Source: Alphaproteobacteria bacterium (GTDB taxonomy: Bacteria > Pseudomonadota > Alphaproteobacteria > Rs-D84 > SZUA-605). Taken from it: DNA of 64,000 nt. Below, piece after piece: positions 28,430 through 37,304 of this stretch (within the stretch, counting starts at the first letter, position 1; the number at the start of each line of letters is the position of its first letter). The notes beneath the pieces are model-generated. The model did not search any database. It had not been told where the DNA came from and saw nothing but the letters and a program-made list of their open reading frames with translations. The position numbers and the translations under genes are program-made. The stretch covers positions 64,001-128,000 of the forward strand of contig JAVBPW010000005.1 of NCBI GenBank assembly GCA_031549385.1. Direction: 5' to 3'.

Positions 28430-29059
28430 TTGACAGTATTTAAAAAATACTTTGTTGTATTATCTGCATTACTGCTTAGTGCTTGCGAGCCTGAGCCGGT
28501 TATGTCTTATGAAGACTTTCTTGCTAATTATCCTGAAGCTAAAAAATTTGAAATTGATGCTACACCTGAAGCTAAAATAGAATCGGTGAGCAGAAAAGAA
28601 ACAATTACATACACAGAAGATAGAGAAGAAATTAAAAATATTGAAACAAAGTATGTAGAAGAAGATAAAGGGGAAACCAAAGAAGTTGATATAAAACAAG
28701 TGGAAGTTAAAAAACTGCCAGAACCTAAACCAGATTATGCAGGTTTTCATTTTGAAGGGTTGGTTTTTCCGCATAACTCAAGGTTAGATCCAGAAAGTAC
28801 TAAGATTTATAACAAAGAATCAAAAACCTTGTGGTTTGGGCATATAAGAGCATATAGTCCTTTTAATTTAAAAGATGCTTTTGCTTTTTATGTGAATGCT
28901 ATGCCAAGAAATGGCTGGGCTATGAAAACATATATGCTTGATAAAACTAAAGGAAATTTGGTTTTTGAAAAAGAAAACCGTCTTGTTCAGATTAATTTAG
29001 AATCTGGCGGTGATAAGAGTTCTTATTTAAATATAATAGTTTCTATTTTAAAGGAGTAG
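28430..29059 (+). CDS. Lipoprotein, hypothetical
   Basis: GGAGG Shine-Dalgarno and TTG at 28430; lipobox LSAC; C-terminal domain shared with the next gene. Confidence 0.7.
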   Translation: MTVFKKYFVVLSALLLSACEPEPVMSYEDFLANYPEAKKFEIDATPEAKIESVSRKETITYTEDREEIKNIETKYVEEDKGETKEVDIKQVEVKKLPEPKPDYAGFHFEGLVFPHNSRLDPESTKIYNKESKTLWFGHIRAYSPFNLKDAFAFYVNAMPRNGWAMKTYMLDKTKGNLVFEKENRLVQINLESGGDKSSYLNIIVSILKE

Positions 29060-29072
29060 AGAAGGGGGAAGT

Positions 29073-30104
29073 ATGAGACAACAAGTAATGAGAAGAAATA
29101 TGGTAAAAGAGTTAATTCAAGATTCTGCGGTGTTTGCGGTAGTATTCTTAATGTTGATGGGAATGTATGATACATTAGTTCCTAAAAAATTAAAGAAAGC
29201 TGAGCCTGTGGTTGAAATGGTTGCTAAAAATATTGGTAGTGGAAGGGGAAGGGTTGCTGAACAGCCTAAAGCTAGGGTGGTTTCACAAGATAAGGCTGCT
29301 GTGGCTAAATCAGAACCTGTGGTTGTTTCTTATATTGCACAAGGGTCAAAGGAAGTTATGAAACCTGTTGATACTTCTGCTATTAAAAACCCACCTGTGC
29401 TTGTTAGTGAAATGGATCCAAATGCATACTTCAGAGATGTTGTGTTTCCTGGAGAATCTGCTGTAGATATGTCTTCTACAAATGTTTATAAAGATCCAAC
29501 AACTGGTGATAATTTTGGAGTTTTAACTGTTAATGCTCCTTATGCTATTACTGGATTGTTTGAATATTATATAAATCAAATGCCTGCAAATGGTTGGGAA
29601 ATGGCTTCATACCAAGTTAATGAAAGTGAAAAAGGTGAAATACACTTTATTAATCACACAAGAAAACTTGATATGGTTATGGAAGATAATGGTGCTGAAG
29701 GGACTATTATAAGAGCTCATGTTACTCCAAAAGTTGAAGATGGAAGTTCTGCAAAAGGTCTTTTACCAGTGCTTGTTCGTGATACAGATCCAAATGCTTA
29801 CTTTAAAGATGTTTTGTTTGCTAATGGTACTGTTGTTGATATGGCTAAAACACAAGTTTATAAAGACTTAAAAACTGGAGAAACATTCGGAAATATGACA
29901 GTGAAAATACCTTATGCTATTCGTGGTGTGTTTGAATTCTACTTAAATAAAATGCACATGTTTGGATGGGATTTGGATACTTACAGTGTAGAAGATGAAA
30001 AAGGTGAAATACACTATAAAGCTGGAAGCCGTAGACTTGATATAGTAATGGAAGATGCTGGATCTGAAGGTACTGTTATGAAAGTTAGCGTAAGCATACA
30101 ATAA
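29073..30104 (+). CDS. Membrane-anchored protein with a tandemly duplicated domain
   Basis: One TM helix and two approximately 120-aa repeats (DPNAYF.DV.F...VYKD..TG..FG...EGT). Confidence 0.75.
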   Translation: MRQQVMRRNMVKELIQDSAVFAVVFLMLMGMYDTLVPKKLKKAEPVVEMVAKNIGSGRGRVAEQPKARVVSQDKAAVAKSEPVVVSYIAQGSKEVMKPVDTSAIKNPPVLVSEMDPNAYFRDVVFPGESAVDMSSTNVYKDPTTGDNFGVLTVNAPYAITGLFEYYINQMPANGWEMASYQVNESEKGEIHFINHTRKLDMVMEDNGAEGTIIRAHVTPKVEDGSSAKGLLPVLVRDTDPNAYFKDVLFANGTVVDMAKTQVYKDLKTGETFGNMTVKIPYAIRGVFEFYLNKMHMFGWDLDTYSVEDEKGEIHYKAGSRRLDIVMEDAGSEGTVMKVSVSIQ

Positions 30105-30127
30105 CTTGAACTTGGGAGGGGGAAGTT

Positions 30128-31114
30128 ATGGAATTACATAATGTAAATAATGGCGGAGGCCAAAGTAATAATAACCAATCAGGAGTGGGACAAAGTGTCC
30201 CTCCTTCTGGTGGAAAGAAAAAAATTATAATACAATTGTTTTATATTTTAATGATTGTGTTTGTAATAGCTTTGTTTTGGATTTATGCGACAAAAGATAT
30301 TGGACTATCAAATTTAGATTTTGTTAAAAATACTAAGAATTTTTTCACAAAAAAATCTGGTGATACATCTTTGCCTATGAAAGGAAAAGAAGGTGGAGAT
30401 AAGAAAGTAGCAAAAGCCGAAAATTGTGATAAGACTGATAGAAAAGAAAAAGAGAAAGTTCGTGTTGCAATTTTAGTTGGTAAAAATGTAGATGAGTTTT
30501 TTGTTACTACTATGATGTGTAGTGGAAATAATATATTTAAACTTCATGAAGGTAAAACTGAATGGTATGGTGATGTTGCTATAGTTGATGCAGACAAAAT
30601 GTCTTATAACATAGATACAGAAAAGGTAATAGATTTATATTTTTCATGCTTAGATGGATTTGTCGATCAATTTCCAAATGGGATGAAGGGAGAAATACTT
30701 TATATGGTAGCTGGTGATAGTGTTTTAGGTATAATGCCAGAAAAAGGATTGGCGTTTGACTTTGAAACTATTAAACCTACTGTGCGTGGACGTGAAGTTA
30801 TGGTTAAGAATTTTAGTATAATCTATAAAGATAATGGCGAAGTTTTATATAGCCCAAAAGATATACAAATTGAACCTGTTAATAATTTTCAAGCTCCTGT
30901 TTATCAACCACCAATTCAACCTGAACCAGTAGTTGTTAATGATATGCCTTATTTTGAAGCAAATCAAAGTACTGATTATGTGGTAGATTCACAAGAAGAA
31001 TTTGATGACCAAGGTCAAGATGAGTATTATGATGAAGCTCAAGGTGAGTTTGATGATGGTGGAGATGAATATGATGATTATCCAGAAGAAGAATTAGACG
31101 AAGGTCAATATTAG
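30128..31114 (+). CDS. Membrane-anchored protein with an acidic tail
   Basis: Single TM helix; D/E/Y-rich C-terminus. Confidence 0.7.
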   Translation: MELHNVNNGGGQSNNNQSGVGQSVPPSGGKKKIIIQLFYILMIVFVIALFWIYATKDIGLSNLDFVKNTKNFFTKKSGDTSLPMKGKEGGDKKVAKAENCDKTDRKEKEKVRVAILVGKNVDEFFVTTMMCSGNNIFKLHEGKTEWYGDVAIVDADKMSYNIDTEKVIDLYFSCLDGFVDQFPNGMKGEILYMVAGDSVLGIMPEKGLAFDFETIKPTVRGREVMVKNFSIIYKDNGEVLYSPKDIQIEPVNNFQAPVYQPPIQPEPVVVNDMPYFEANQSTDYVVDSQEEFDDQGQDEYYDEAQGEFDDGGDEYDDYPEEELDEGQY

Positions 31115-31141
31115 TTTTCTTTATAAAAGAGAAAAGGGAGA

Positions 31142-31375
31142 TTAAAATCTCCCTTTTTTTGTTTTTGTATTATTTGTTATTGTATCTACAATTATTTTTG
31201 CAATAATTGCAGAAATTCCAACATATAAAAATACTGGAATTATAGTTGAAATTGTTTTTGATAGTTCTGTTTCCTGAAATTTAGGTAAAAGATTTATTAC
31301 ATAAATTGCAAATAATACAGTTACAATACTCCATACAAATAAACAAGAAAGTGTACTAACTACTTTGGTTTTCAT
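31142..31375 (-). CDS. Small two-TM membrane protein
   Basis: 77 aa with two hydrophobic segments; TTGACA promoter upstream. Confidence 0.6.
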   Translation of the reverse strand: MKTKVVSTLSCLFVWSIVTVLFAIYVINLLPKFQETELSKTISTIIPVFLYVGISAIIAKIIVDTITNNTKTKKGRF

Positions 31376-31516
31376 TTTTTAATTTTAATTTATTATTATC
31401 TGTACTTTTAATATAGTGAATAAAGCTTTATTTGTCAAGTGTTTAATATAAAATATATTGTAATAAAAAATGGCTCATATTGAGCCATTTAGTGTTTTTA
31501 TTACTGTTTTTAGAAA

Positions 31517-34168
31517 TTATTTCTTGTTTCTTATTACAGCTTGAGCTGCGGCTAGCCTCGCAACTGGAACTCTGTATGGTGAACATGATACAAAATCCAT
31601 TCCACATTTATGGAAGAAATTTATTGATTCTGGATCACCACCGTGTTCTCCACATACTCCAATATGAATATTGTGACCTTTAGTTTGACGGCCTAATTTA
31701 ACGCCTGTTTCAACTAATTTTCCTACACCTTGTTCATCAATAGATGCAAATGGGTCTGCTACATAAATGCCTTTTGTACGGTATTCGTCCAAAATAGTGC
31801 CTGTATCGTCACGGCTCATTCCTAATGTTGTTTGTGTTAAGTCGTTTGTTCCAAAGCCAAAAAAATCTGCACTTTGTGCTATTTCATCTGCTAATAATGC
31901 TGCACGTGGAAGTTCAATCATGCTTCCTACTTTATATTCGATTTTCATGCCTTTTTCTTCGAATATCTTTTGTGCTGTTGTATCGATTACTTCTTTACAT
32001 AGGTCTAATTCTTTTTTTGAACCTACTAATGGAACTTCGATTTCTGGAAGAACTTTTTTGCCTTCATTTGTTACTTCAATTGCAGCTTCAAGAATAGCAC
32101 GTGTTTGCATTGCACATATTTCTGGATATGTAATTGCTAGACGGCAACCACGATGTCCTAACATTGGGTTTGATTCATGGAGAGCGTCTGAACGTTCTTT
32201 AACTTTTTCATAAGTTGTGCCTATGTATTTTGCTAATTCCCTCATTTCTGCTTCTGTATGAGGTAAAAATTCATGTAATGGTGGGTCAAGTAAACGTACT
32301 GTTACTGGAAGTCCATCCATGATAGAAAACAAATCTTTGAAGTCTTGTTTTTGATATGGTAATAATTTTGCTAATGCGATTTGTCTGCCTTCTAAATTAT
32401 CAGCCAAAATCATTTCACGCATATCTGAAATACGAGATGGATCAAAGAACATGTGTTCTGTACGAGCTAAACCAATACCTTGTGCTCCAAATTCTCTTGC
32501 TTGTTGAGCATCTTTTGGAGTTTCTGCGTTTGTTCTGATTTCAAGAGTTTTAACTTCATCTACCCATGACATTAATTTTCCAAAATCTCCTGTCATTTCT
32601 ACTGATACTGTTGGAATTTGTCCTTGTATGATTTGACCTTTTGCACCATCAAGAGAGAGCCAATCACCTTCTTTGATTGTTGAACCTGTTACAGTTGAAA
32701 ATATCTTTTTTTCATTATCGATTTTAATATCTGAAGAACCTGATACGCATGGAAGTCCCATACCACGAGCAACTACGGCTGCATGTGATGTCATTCCACC
32801 ACGTGCTGTTACTATACCTTGTGCAGCATGCATTCCACCGATATCTTCTGGAGATGTTTCAATACGAACTAAGATAACTTTTTCACCTTTTGCTGCCCAA
32901 GATTCTGCGTCTTCTGCTGAGAATACTGCACGGCCTACGGCTGCGCCTGGAGATGCTGGAAGACCTGATGCAATTACTTTCTTTTCTGCTTTTGGGTCTA
33001 ACATTGGGTGTAATAATTGGTCAAGTTGGTCTGCACCCACTTTCATGATTGCTTCTTCTTTATTTAATAAACCTTCTTCAACCATTTCTACTGCTATACG
33101 AACTGCAGCTGCTGCTGTTCTTTTTCCATTACGTGTTTGTAACATCCAAAGTTTTTTATGTTCGATTGTGAATTCCATATCCTGCATGTCTTTGTAATGA
33201 TTTTCTAATTTCTCACGAACGTCTACTAATTCTTTGTAAACTTCTGGCATTGCTTCTTCTAATGATAATCTGCCTGAACAATCTTTTGCCATAGGTTGTG
33301 GAGTTCTGATACCTGCTACTACGTCTTCACCTTGTGCGTTAATCAAATATTCACCATAGAATTTGTTTTCACCTGTTGCTGGGTCTCTTGAAAAACATAC
33401 TCCAGTTGCACAATCTTGCCCAGCGTTTCCAAATACCATAGCTTGTACGTTTACAGCTGTACCCCAATCACCTGGAATGTTGTTCAATTTTCTGTAAGTA
33501 ATAGCTTTTTTTACCATCCATGAATTAAATACAGCGCCAATTCCTAACATTAATTGTTCCCATGGATCTTGTGGAAATTCTTTGCCTATTTGTTTGCCTA
33601 TTTCTTTATATTGAGATACAAGAGATTTTAAATCTTCCGCAGTTAATTCTGTGTCTTGTTTGTAACCTTTTTCTTCTTTCATCTTTTCAAGAGCGTGTTC
33701 GAAAAGATTGATGTCTGCTTCAAGTACTACGTCTGAGAACATCATGATAAAACGACGGTAAGAATCATAGGCAAATCTTTCATCATTTGATGATTGTGCT
33801 AATGCTTTTACTGTTTCATCATTTAAGCCTAAATTAAGAACTGTATTCATCATTCCTGGCATTGATACTCTTGCACCTGAACGAACTGAAAATAGTAGGG
33901 GATTGTTCATATCGCCAAACTTTCTGCCCATAATGCTTTCTACATAAGCTACACCTGCTTTTACTTGATCTGTCAAATCGCTTGGGTATTGTTTGTTATT
34001 TGCATAATAATGTACGCAAACTTCTGTTGTTACTGTGAATCCAGGAGGTACTGGAAGACCTACTTTATTCATTTCTGCTAGGTTGGCACCTTTACCACCT
34101 AGGAGGTTTTTCATAGAAGCGTCGCCTTCGGCTGCTCCATTACCAAATGTATAAACCCATTTACTCAT
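31517..34168 (-). CDS. ppdK: Pyruvate phosphate dikinase
   Basis: LLGGKGANLAEM, SVRSGARVSMPGMM, GGMTSHAAVVARG, CGEHGG; ATG at 34168. Confidence 0.98.
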   Translation of the reverse strand: MSKWVYTFGNGAAEGDASMKNLLGGKGANLAEMNKVGLPVPPGFTVTTEVCVHYYANNKQYPSDLTDQVKAGVAYVESIMGRKFGDMNNPLLFSVRSGARVSMPGMMNTVLNLGLNDETVKALAQSSNDERFAYDSYRRFIMMFSDVVLEADINLFEHALEKMKEEKGYKQDTELTAEDLKSLVSQYKEIGKQIGKEFPQDPWEQLMLGIGAVFNSWMVKKAITYRKLNNIPGDWGTAVNVQAMVFGNAGQDCATGVCFSRDPATGENKFYGEYLINAQGEDVVAGIRTPQPMAKDCSGRLSLEEAMPEVYKELVDVREKLENHYKDMQDMEFTIEHKKLWMLQTRNGKRTAAAAVRIAVEMVEEGLLNKEEAIMKVGADQLDQLLHPMLDPKAEKKVIASGLPASPGAAVGRAVFSAEDAESWAAKGEKVILVRIETSPEDIGGMHAAQGIVTARGGMTSHAAVVARGMGLPCVSGSSDIKIDNEKKIFSTVTGSTIKEGDWLSLDGAKGQIIQGQIPTVSVEMTGDFGKLMSWVDEVKTLEIRTNAETPKDAQQAREFGAQGIGLARTEHMFFDPSRISDMREMILADNLEGRQIALAKLLPYQKQDFKDLFSIMDGLPVTVRLLDPPLHEFLPHTEAEMRELAKYIGTTYEKVKERSDALHESNPMLGHRGCRLAITYPEICAMQTRAILEAAIEVTNEGKKVLPEIEVPLVGSKKELDLCKEVIDTTAQKIFEEKGMKIEYKVGSMIELPRAALLADEIAQSADFFGFGTNDLTQTTLGMSRDDTGTILDEYRTKGIYVADPFASIDEQGVGKLVETGVKLGRQTKGHNIHIGVCGEHGGDPESINFFHKCGMDFVSCSPYRVPVARLAAAQAVIRNKK

Positions 34169-34248
34169 TTTAATTTCACTCCCTTTTAAGTTAAAAACAG
34201 CAATTACTTTAAAGGAATTGAGAAGGGATTTCAAGGGGAAATTAGCTT

Positions 34249-35133
34249 TTATTTAATAATTTTAACTTCTTTTAAAGTGTAATGGAATTCTTCCACGTGT
34301 CTTTGAATATCGTTTAAATCTTTATAATTGCAATATCCTCCAGTTATTAAAACTCTTAAATCCTTATAAAGATTTATAGTGTTTTTTGCAAAATCAACAT
34401 ATTTAATAAGTTCATTCATAAGGTTTGTAAAATAAAAATATGGATTTGATTCTTGTTCGCTTGTTTCTGTAATATATTCGTCGTAATCACCATAATCACT
34501 AAAACCCTGCTCATGTGTCACAACAACTTCTGGTTTATCAACTACTACATTTAATCCATATAATCCAGTTCTCAATAAACTATAATGTATTTCATCTATA
34601 ATATGATTGCTAGAAAATCCATAGGATTGTTTTAATTTAGATATAATATCTTCCCATTTTTGCTTTTCTAATTTATACTGTTTAAGATCATTTTCATGTT
34701 TTTGTAAATCTTCCTTATTATATTGATAATTATATTCATACTTTTTTGGTTCTTTTGGAGCTGGATTTCTATCTTCCCATATATCCAATGCAATGACTTT
34801 TATCTCTTCATCCGATAAAGAATCTAATACATTCGCAAATCGTAAAAAATTCGGTGCTGATAGTTGTTTATTATTACCCAATCCTTGAACTAATCGACAA
34901 ATAAGACGAAAATTATTTTTTGCTGTCCCTTCAGAGATAGCTCGCCAAAGTCTGTGTGCAATTCCTATGGTGTCGTCTGTATTTATATTATCAAAAATAC
35001 CATCTCTAACTTCCATCAAGTAAATTGATTGTGCTTCTTTTATCCTTTTTTCACGCCAAGTAGATATAAGAACGTCAGCAGTTCCACCATACGGGACAAT
35101 AGAAGTTATTAAATCAATAGCATTTATACACAT
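34249..35133 (-). CDS. Accessory hypothetical protein (possibly Abi-alpha/DUF4393-like)
   Basis: 294 aa with island-like codon usage. FANVLDSLSDEEIKVI and the C-terminal YFTNLM..L resemble Abi-alpha patterns only weakly. Confidence 0.55.
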   Translation of the reverse strand: MCINAIDLITSIVPYGGTADVLISTWREKRIKEAQSIYLMEVRDGIFDNINTDDTIGIAHRLWRAISEGTAKNNFRLICRLVQGLGNNKQLSAPNFLRFANVLDSLSDEEIKVIALDIWEDRNPAPKEPKKYEYNYQYNKEDLQKHENDLKQYKLEKQKWEDIISKLKQSYGFSSNHIIDEIHYSLLRTGLYGLNVVVDKPEVVVTHEQGFSDYGDYDEYITETSEQESNPYFYFTNLMNELIKYVDFAKNTINLYKDLRVLITGGYCNYKDLNDIQRHVEEFHYTLKEVKIIK

Positions 35134-35258
35134 TTTTTATTTCTATGTTTTTTATTTTATTATAAAGTGTAAATAATTATTTTTCAATCTTTATCCAAAA
35201 TTTTCTCAAAAAGAGTCCGAAGAGAACTCTATATAATTTATGAATTTAAAATTCAGAT

Positions 35259-35285
35259 AAAAAATCGTCCTTAAGGACGTTTTTT
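35259..35285. terminator. Terminator after the outer tRNA-Thr 3' fragment
   Basis: A6-T-CGTCC-ttaa-GGACG-T6. Confidence 0.8.
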
Positions 35286-35286
35286 A

Positions 35287-35304
35287 TGGTGCCGGCACAC
35301 GGAC
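35287..35304 (-). repeat. 18-bp copy of the tRNA-Thr 3' end (second att-like scar)
   Basis: tggtgccggcacacggac is identical to 35448-35465 and 48737-48754. Confidence 0.9.
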
Positions 35305-35447
35305 GTCCTCGGTTTTTAAGAACCTGCGGGCTCCTCATACGAATTGAAAATTCTACTCGTCGGGCAAACCTGCCTAATAAGTACTTCGGGGTGAAAATTC
35401 ATGTTTGATGAAACAATAAAAAAAGCAAAATAAAGTTGCTTTTATTA

Positions 35448-35493
35448 TGGTGCCGGCACACGGACTCGAACCGCGGACCTGATGATTACAAAT
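35448..35493 (-). repeat. att site: 46-bp direct repeat of the tRNA-Thr 3' half
   Basis: Identical to 48737-48782, from CCA through the anticodon loop. Confidence 0.95.
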
Positions 35494-35598
35494 GGCGACC
35501 CCGCCATAATCCATAAAAACTCACAACAAATAATAATAGCAAAAACAAATATTTACAATATTAGTGTTTTTATATGGTTTTGGGAATTGTTATGTTTT

Positions 35599-35630
35599 TT
35601 GCCCCAAACTGTCCCAAATTTGCCCCAAAA
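35599..35630. repeat. Putative integrase arm-type sites (three tandem TGYCCCAAA)
   Basis: ttgccccaaactgtcccaaatttgccccaaaa; the 21-mer 35609-35629 is identical to 48648-48668. Confidence 0.75.
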
Positions 35631-35631
35631 T

Positions 35632-36147
35632 TTATGATATACCCAACTGTTGAATAACTGGTTTGTAGTAATTTTGTTTCTCAGTTTCAAAAATATCACA
35701 CACTATATTAGTCTTTTGTTTCCTTTGGGCTTCTAACTTCAAATTTCTAATTTTTTCTAAATCTTCATATAAAGAATTATATTTACCCGTAGGCAATTGC
35801 GCAATTGCTTTAAATTTATCTTTTGAGTGGTAAGTAATAACATCATTTATATTCAAAAAATCAGGTTTTGAAATATCTATGTAAGATGTTTTAGTTAAAT
35901 ATTTTTTAGTATCTATATTATTTTCCCATTCATGATTTTCTACAACTATTGAAGATAGTTTTATAACACTATTGGTTTTTGTCAGCACAAAAAATATCAA
36001 TACTTCATCCAATAAGATATGTTTGGAAAAAAATAATTTATATTTATCTTTTTCTTTTTTTGTATACATATCAACCGAAGACAGGTGAAAATACACTGTA
36101 TTAATTTTAATAAAATATTGAAGAAATAAATCTGGCGTAAACATCAA
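35632..36147 (-). CDS. Hypothetical protein, putative toxin partner of the Panacea antitoxin
   Basis: ATGA overlap with the upstream Panacea gene; 171 aa; no recognised motif. Confidence 0.6.
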   Translation of the reverse strand: MMFTPDLFLQYFIKINTVYFHLSSVDMYTKKEKDKYKLFFSKHILLDEVLIFFVLTKTNSVIKLSSIVVENHEWENNIDTKKYLTKTSYIDISKPDFLNINDVITYHSKDKFKAIAQLPTGKYNSLYEDLEKIRNLKLEAQRKQKTNIVCDIFETEKQNYYKPVIQQLGIS

Positions 36148-36611
36148 ACTAATGACAAATCCAATTTAACACCTATATTCTCAGTTCCACCTAATGTCGC
36201 ATTTAAAGCTCTCATAGGTGCTGTTGTATAAGTCAATTCAGTTAAATTTTTTGGACCATAGCCATGTAAACTATCCAGAACTTCTTTAACTATTTCAGAT
36301 TCTTCTTTTGAAAAAACAGTAGAATCATCTAACGCATCATTCAAAGCGTATAAAACAATCTCATCACCTCTTGGGCCAAATTCTGTATATGTTGAGATAT
36401 TACCATTTTTCTGCATTTCTTTCAAATCAATATAAACTCTTTCATCAAAAGGACCATAGTTATATCTTATATATTCAAAATTAGAAATTTTATTTTTTAA
36501 TCTCCTTGTAGCAACTAAATCTATCATATAACAAAGCTTTATTATACTTGTTATTGTTTTATCTCCATCTTTTAATATAGCAGAAATAAGACATTCATGT
36601 TTTTTGCACAT
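36144..36611 (-). CDS. Panacea/DUF4065 (SocA-like) antitoxin
   Basis: T.IIKLCYMID...Y.RYNYGPF...L.ELTY.T.PM. Confidence 0.85.
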   Translation of the reverse strand: MCKKHECLISAILKDGDKTITSIIKLCYMIDLVATRRLKNKISNFEYIRYNYGPFDERVYIDLKEMQKNGNISTYTEFGPRGDEIVLYALNDALDDSTVFSKEESEIVKEVLDSLHGYGPKNLTELTYTTAPMRALNATLGGTENIGVKLDLSLV

Positions 36612-36824
36612 AACTTTCTCCTTGATGCTGATTATATCATATTTTCACTCTCATGTAAATAGATTCAACCGACAATTGTATTTTTAATGATAATATTTAA
36701 CTTTGCAATAGGAAATTATTGCAATAAAAAAAGGTTACAGAAATCCCCATAACCAAAAAACATTATACTATAAAAATTATAAAAAGTCAAGTAAATAATT
36801 GTCTTTGACATACTTTTGCATATT

Positions 36825-37301
36825 TTATTTTGTACTTATATAAACATCTCTAATAAAAGGTAATCTTGTTGAATATCTCTTTATACAATAGAAAGTTAAA
36901 TACACAGATTTTTTTGATTTTAATAAAAATAGGATTTTGTTCATAAGAATATTAGGTAATGTTATAAATCCATCTATATTATGCTTTTGGCCATAAAAAC
37001 CACCTAGGACATAGTCATTTCTTTTATCTCTTTCCTTTTCATATTCTTCAAAACTTATAAATCTTCCCTTATCATCATCAAAATATGTGTGTTTATCTCT
37101 ATCAGACATAAATTCAGCTCTTATATAGATTTTGAATATATCTCCTATTGAAAAGCTTTTTGTTTTAAAATCATTCTCTATAAGTTCGGCCTTTAATTCA
37201 ATTCTTTCAGATATACAATCAACCCCTTCTTTCTCATACTTATTATAATCTATAGTATAATCAAAATTCCTCACAAGAAAAGTTAATTCGAAATTATTCA
37301 T
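36825..37301 (-). CDS. Hypothetical protein, paralog of 42202-42612
   Basis: Shares LGGF, LL.S.K..YL.F.CI and P.IR.VY motifs with the paralog. Confidence 0.7.
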   Translation of the reverse strand: MNNFELTFLVRNFDYTIDYNKYEKEGVDCISERIELKAELIENDFKTKSFSIGDIFKIYIRAEFMSDRDKHTYFDDDKGRFISFEEYEKERDKRNDYVLGGFYGQKHNIDGFITLPNILMNKILFLLKSKKSVYLTFYCIKRYSTRLPFIRDVYISTK

Positions 37302-37304
37302 CGT

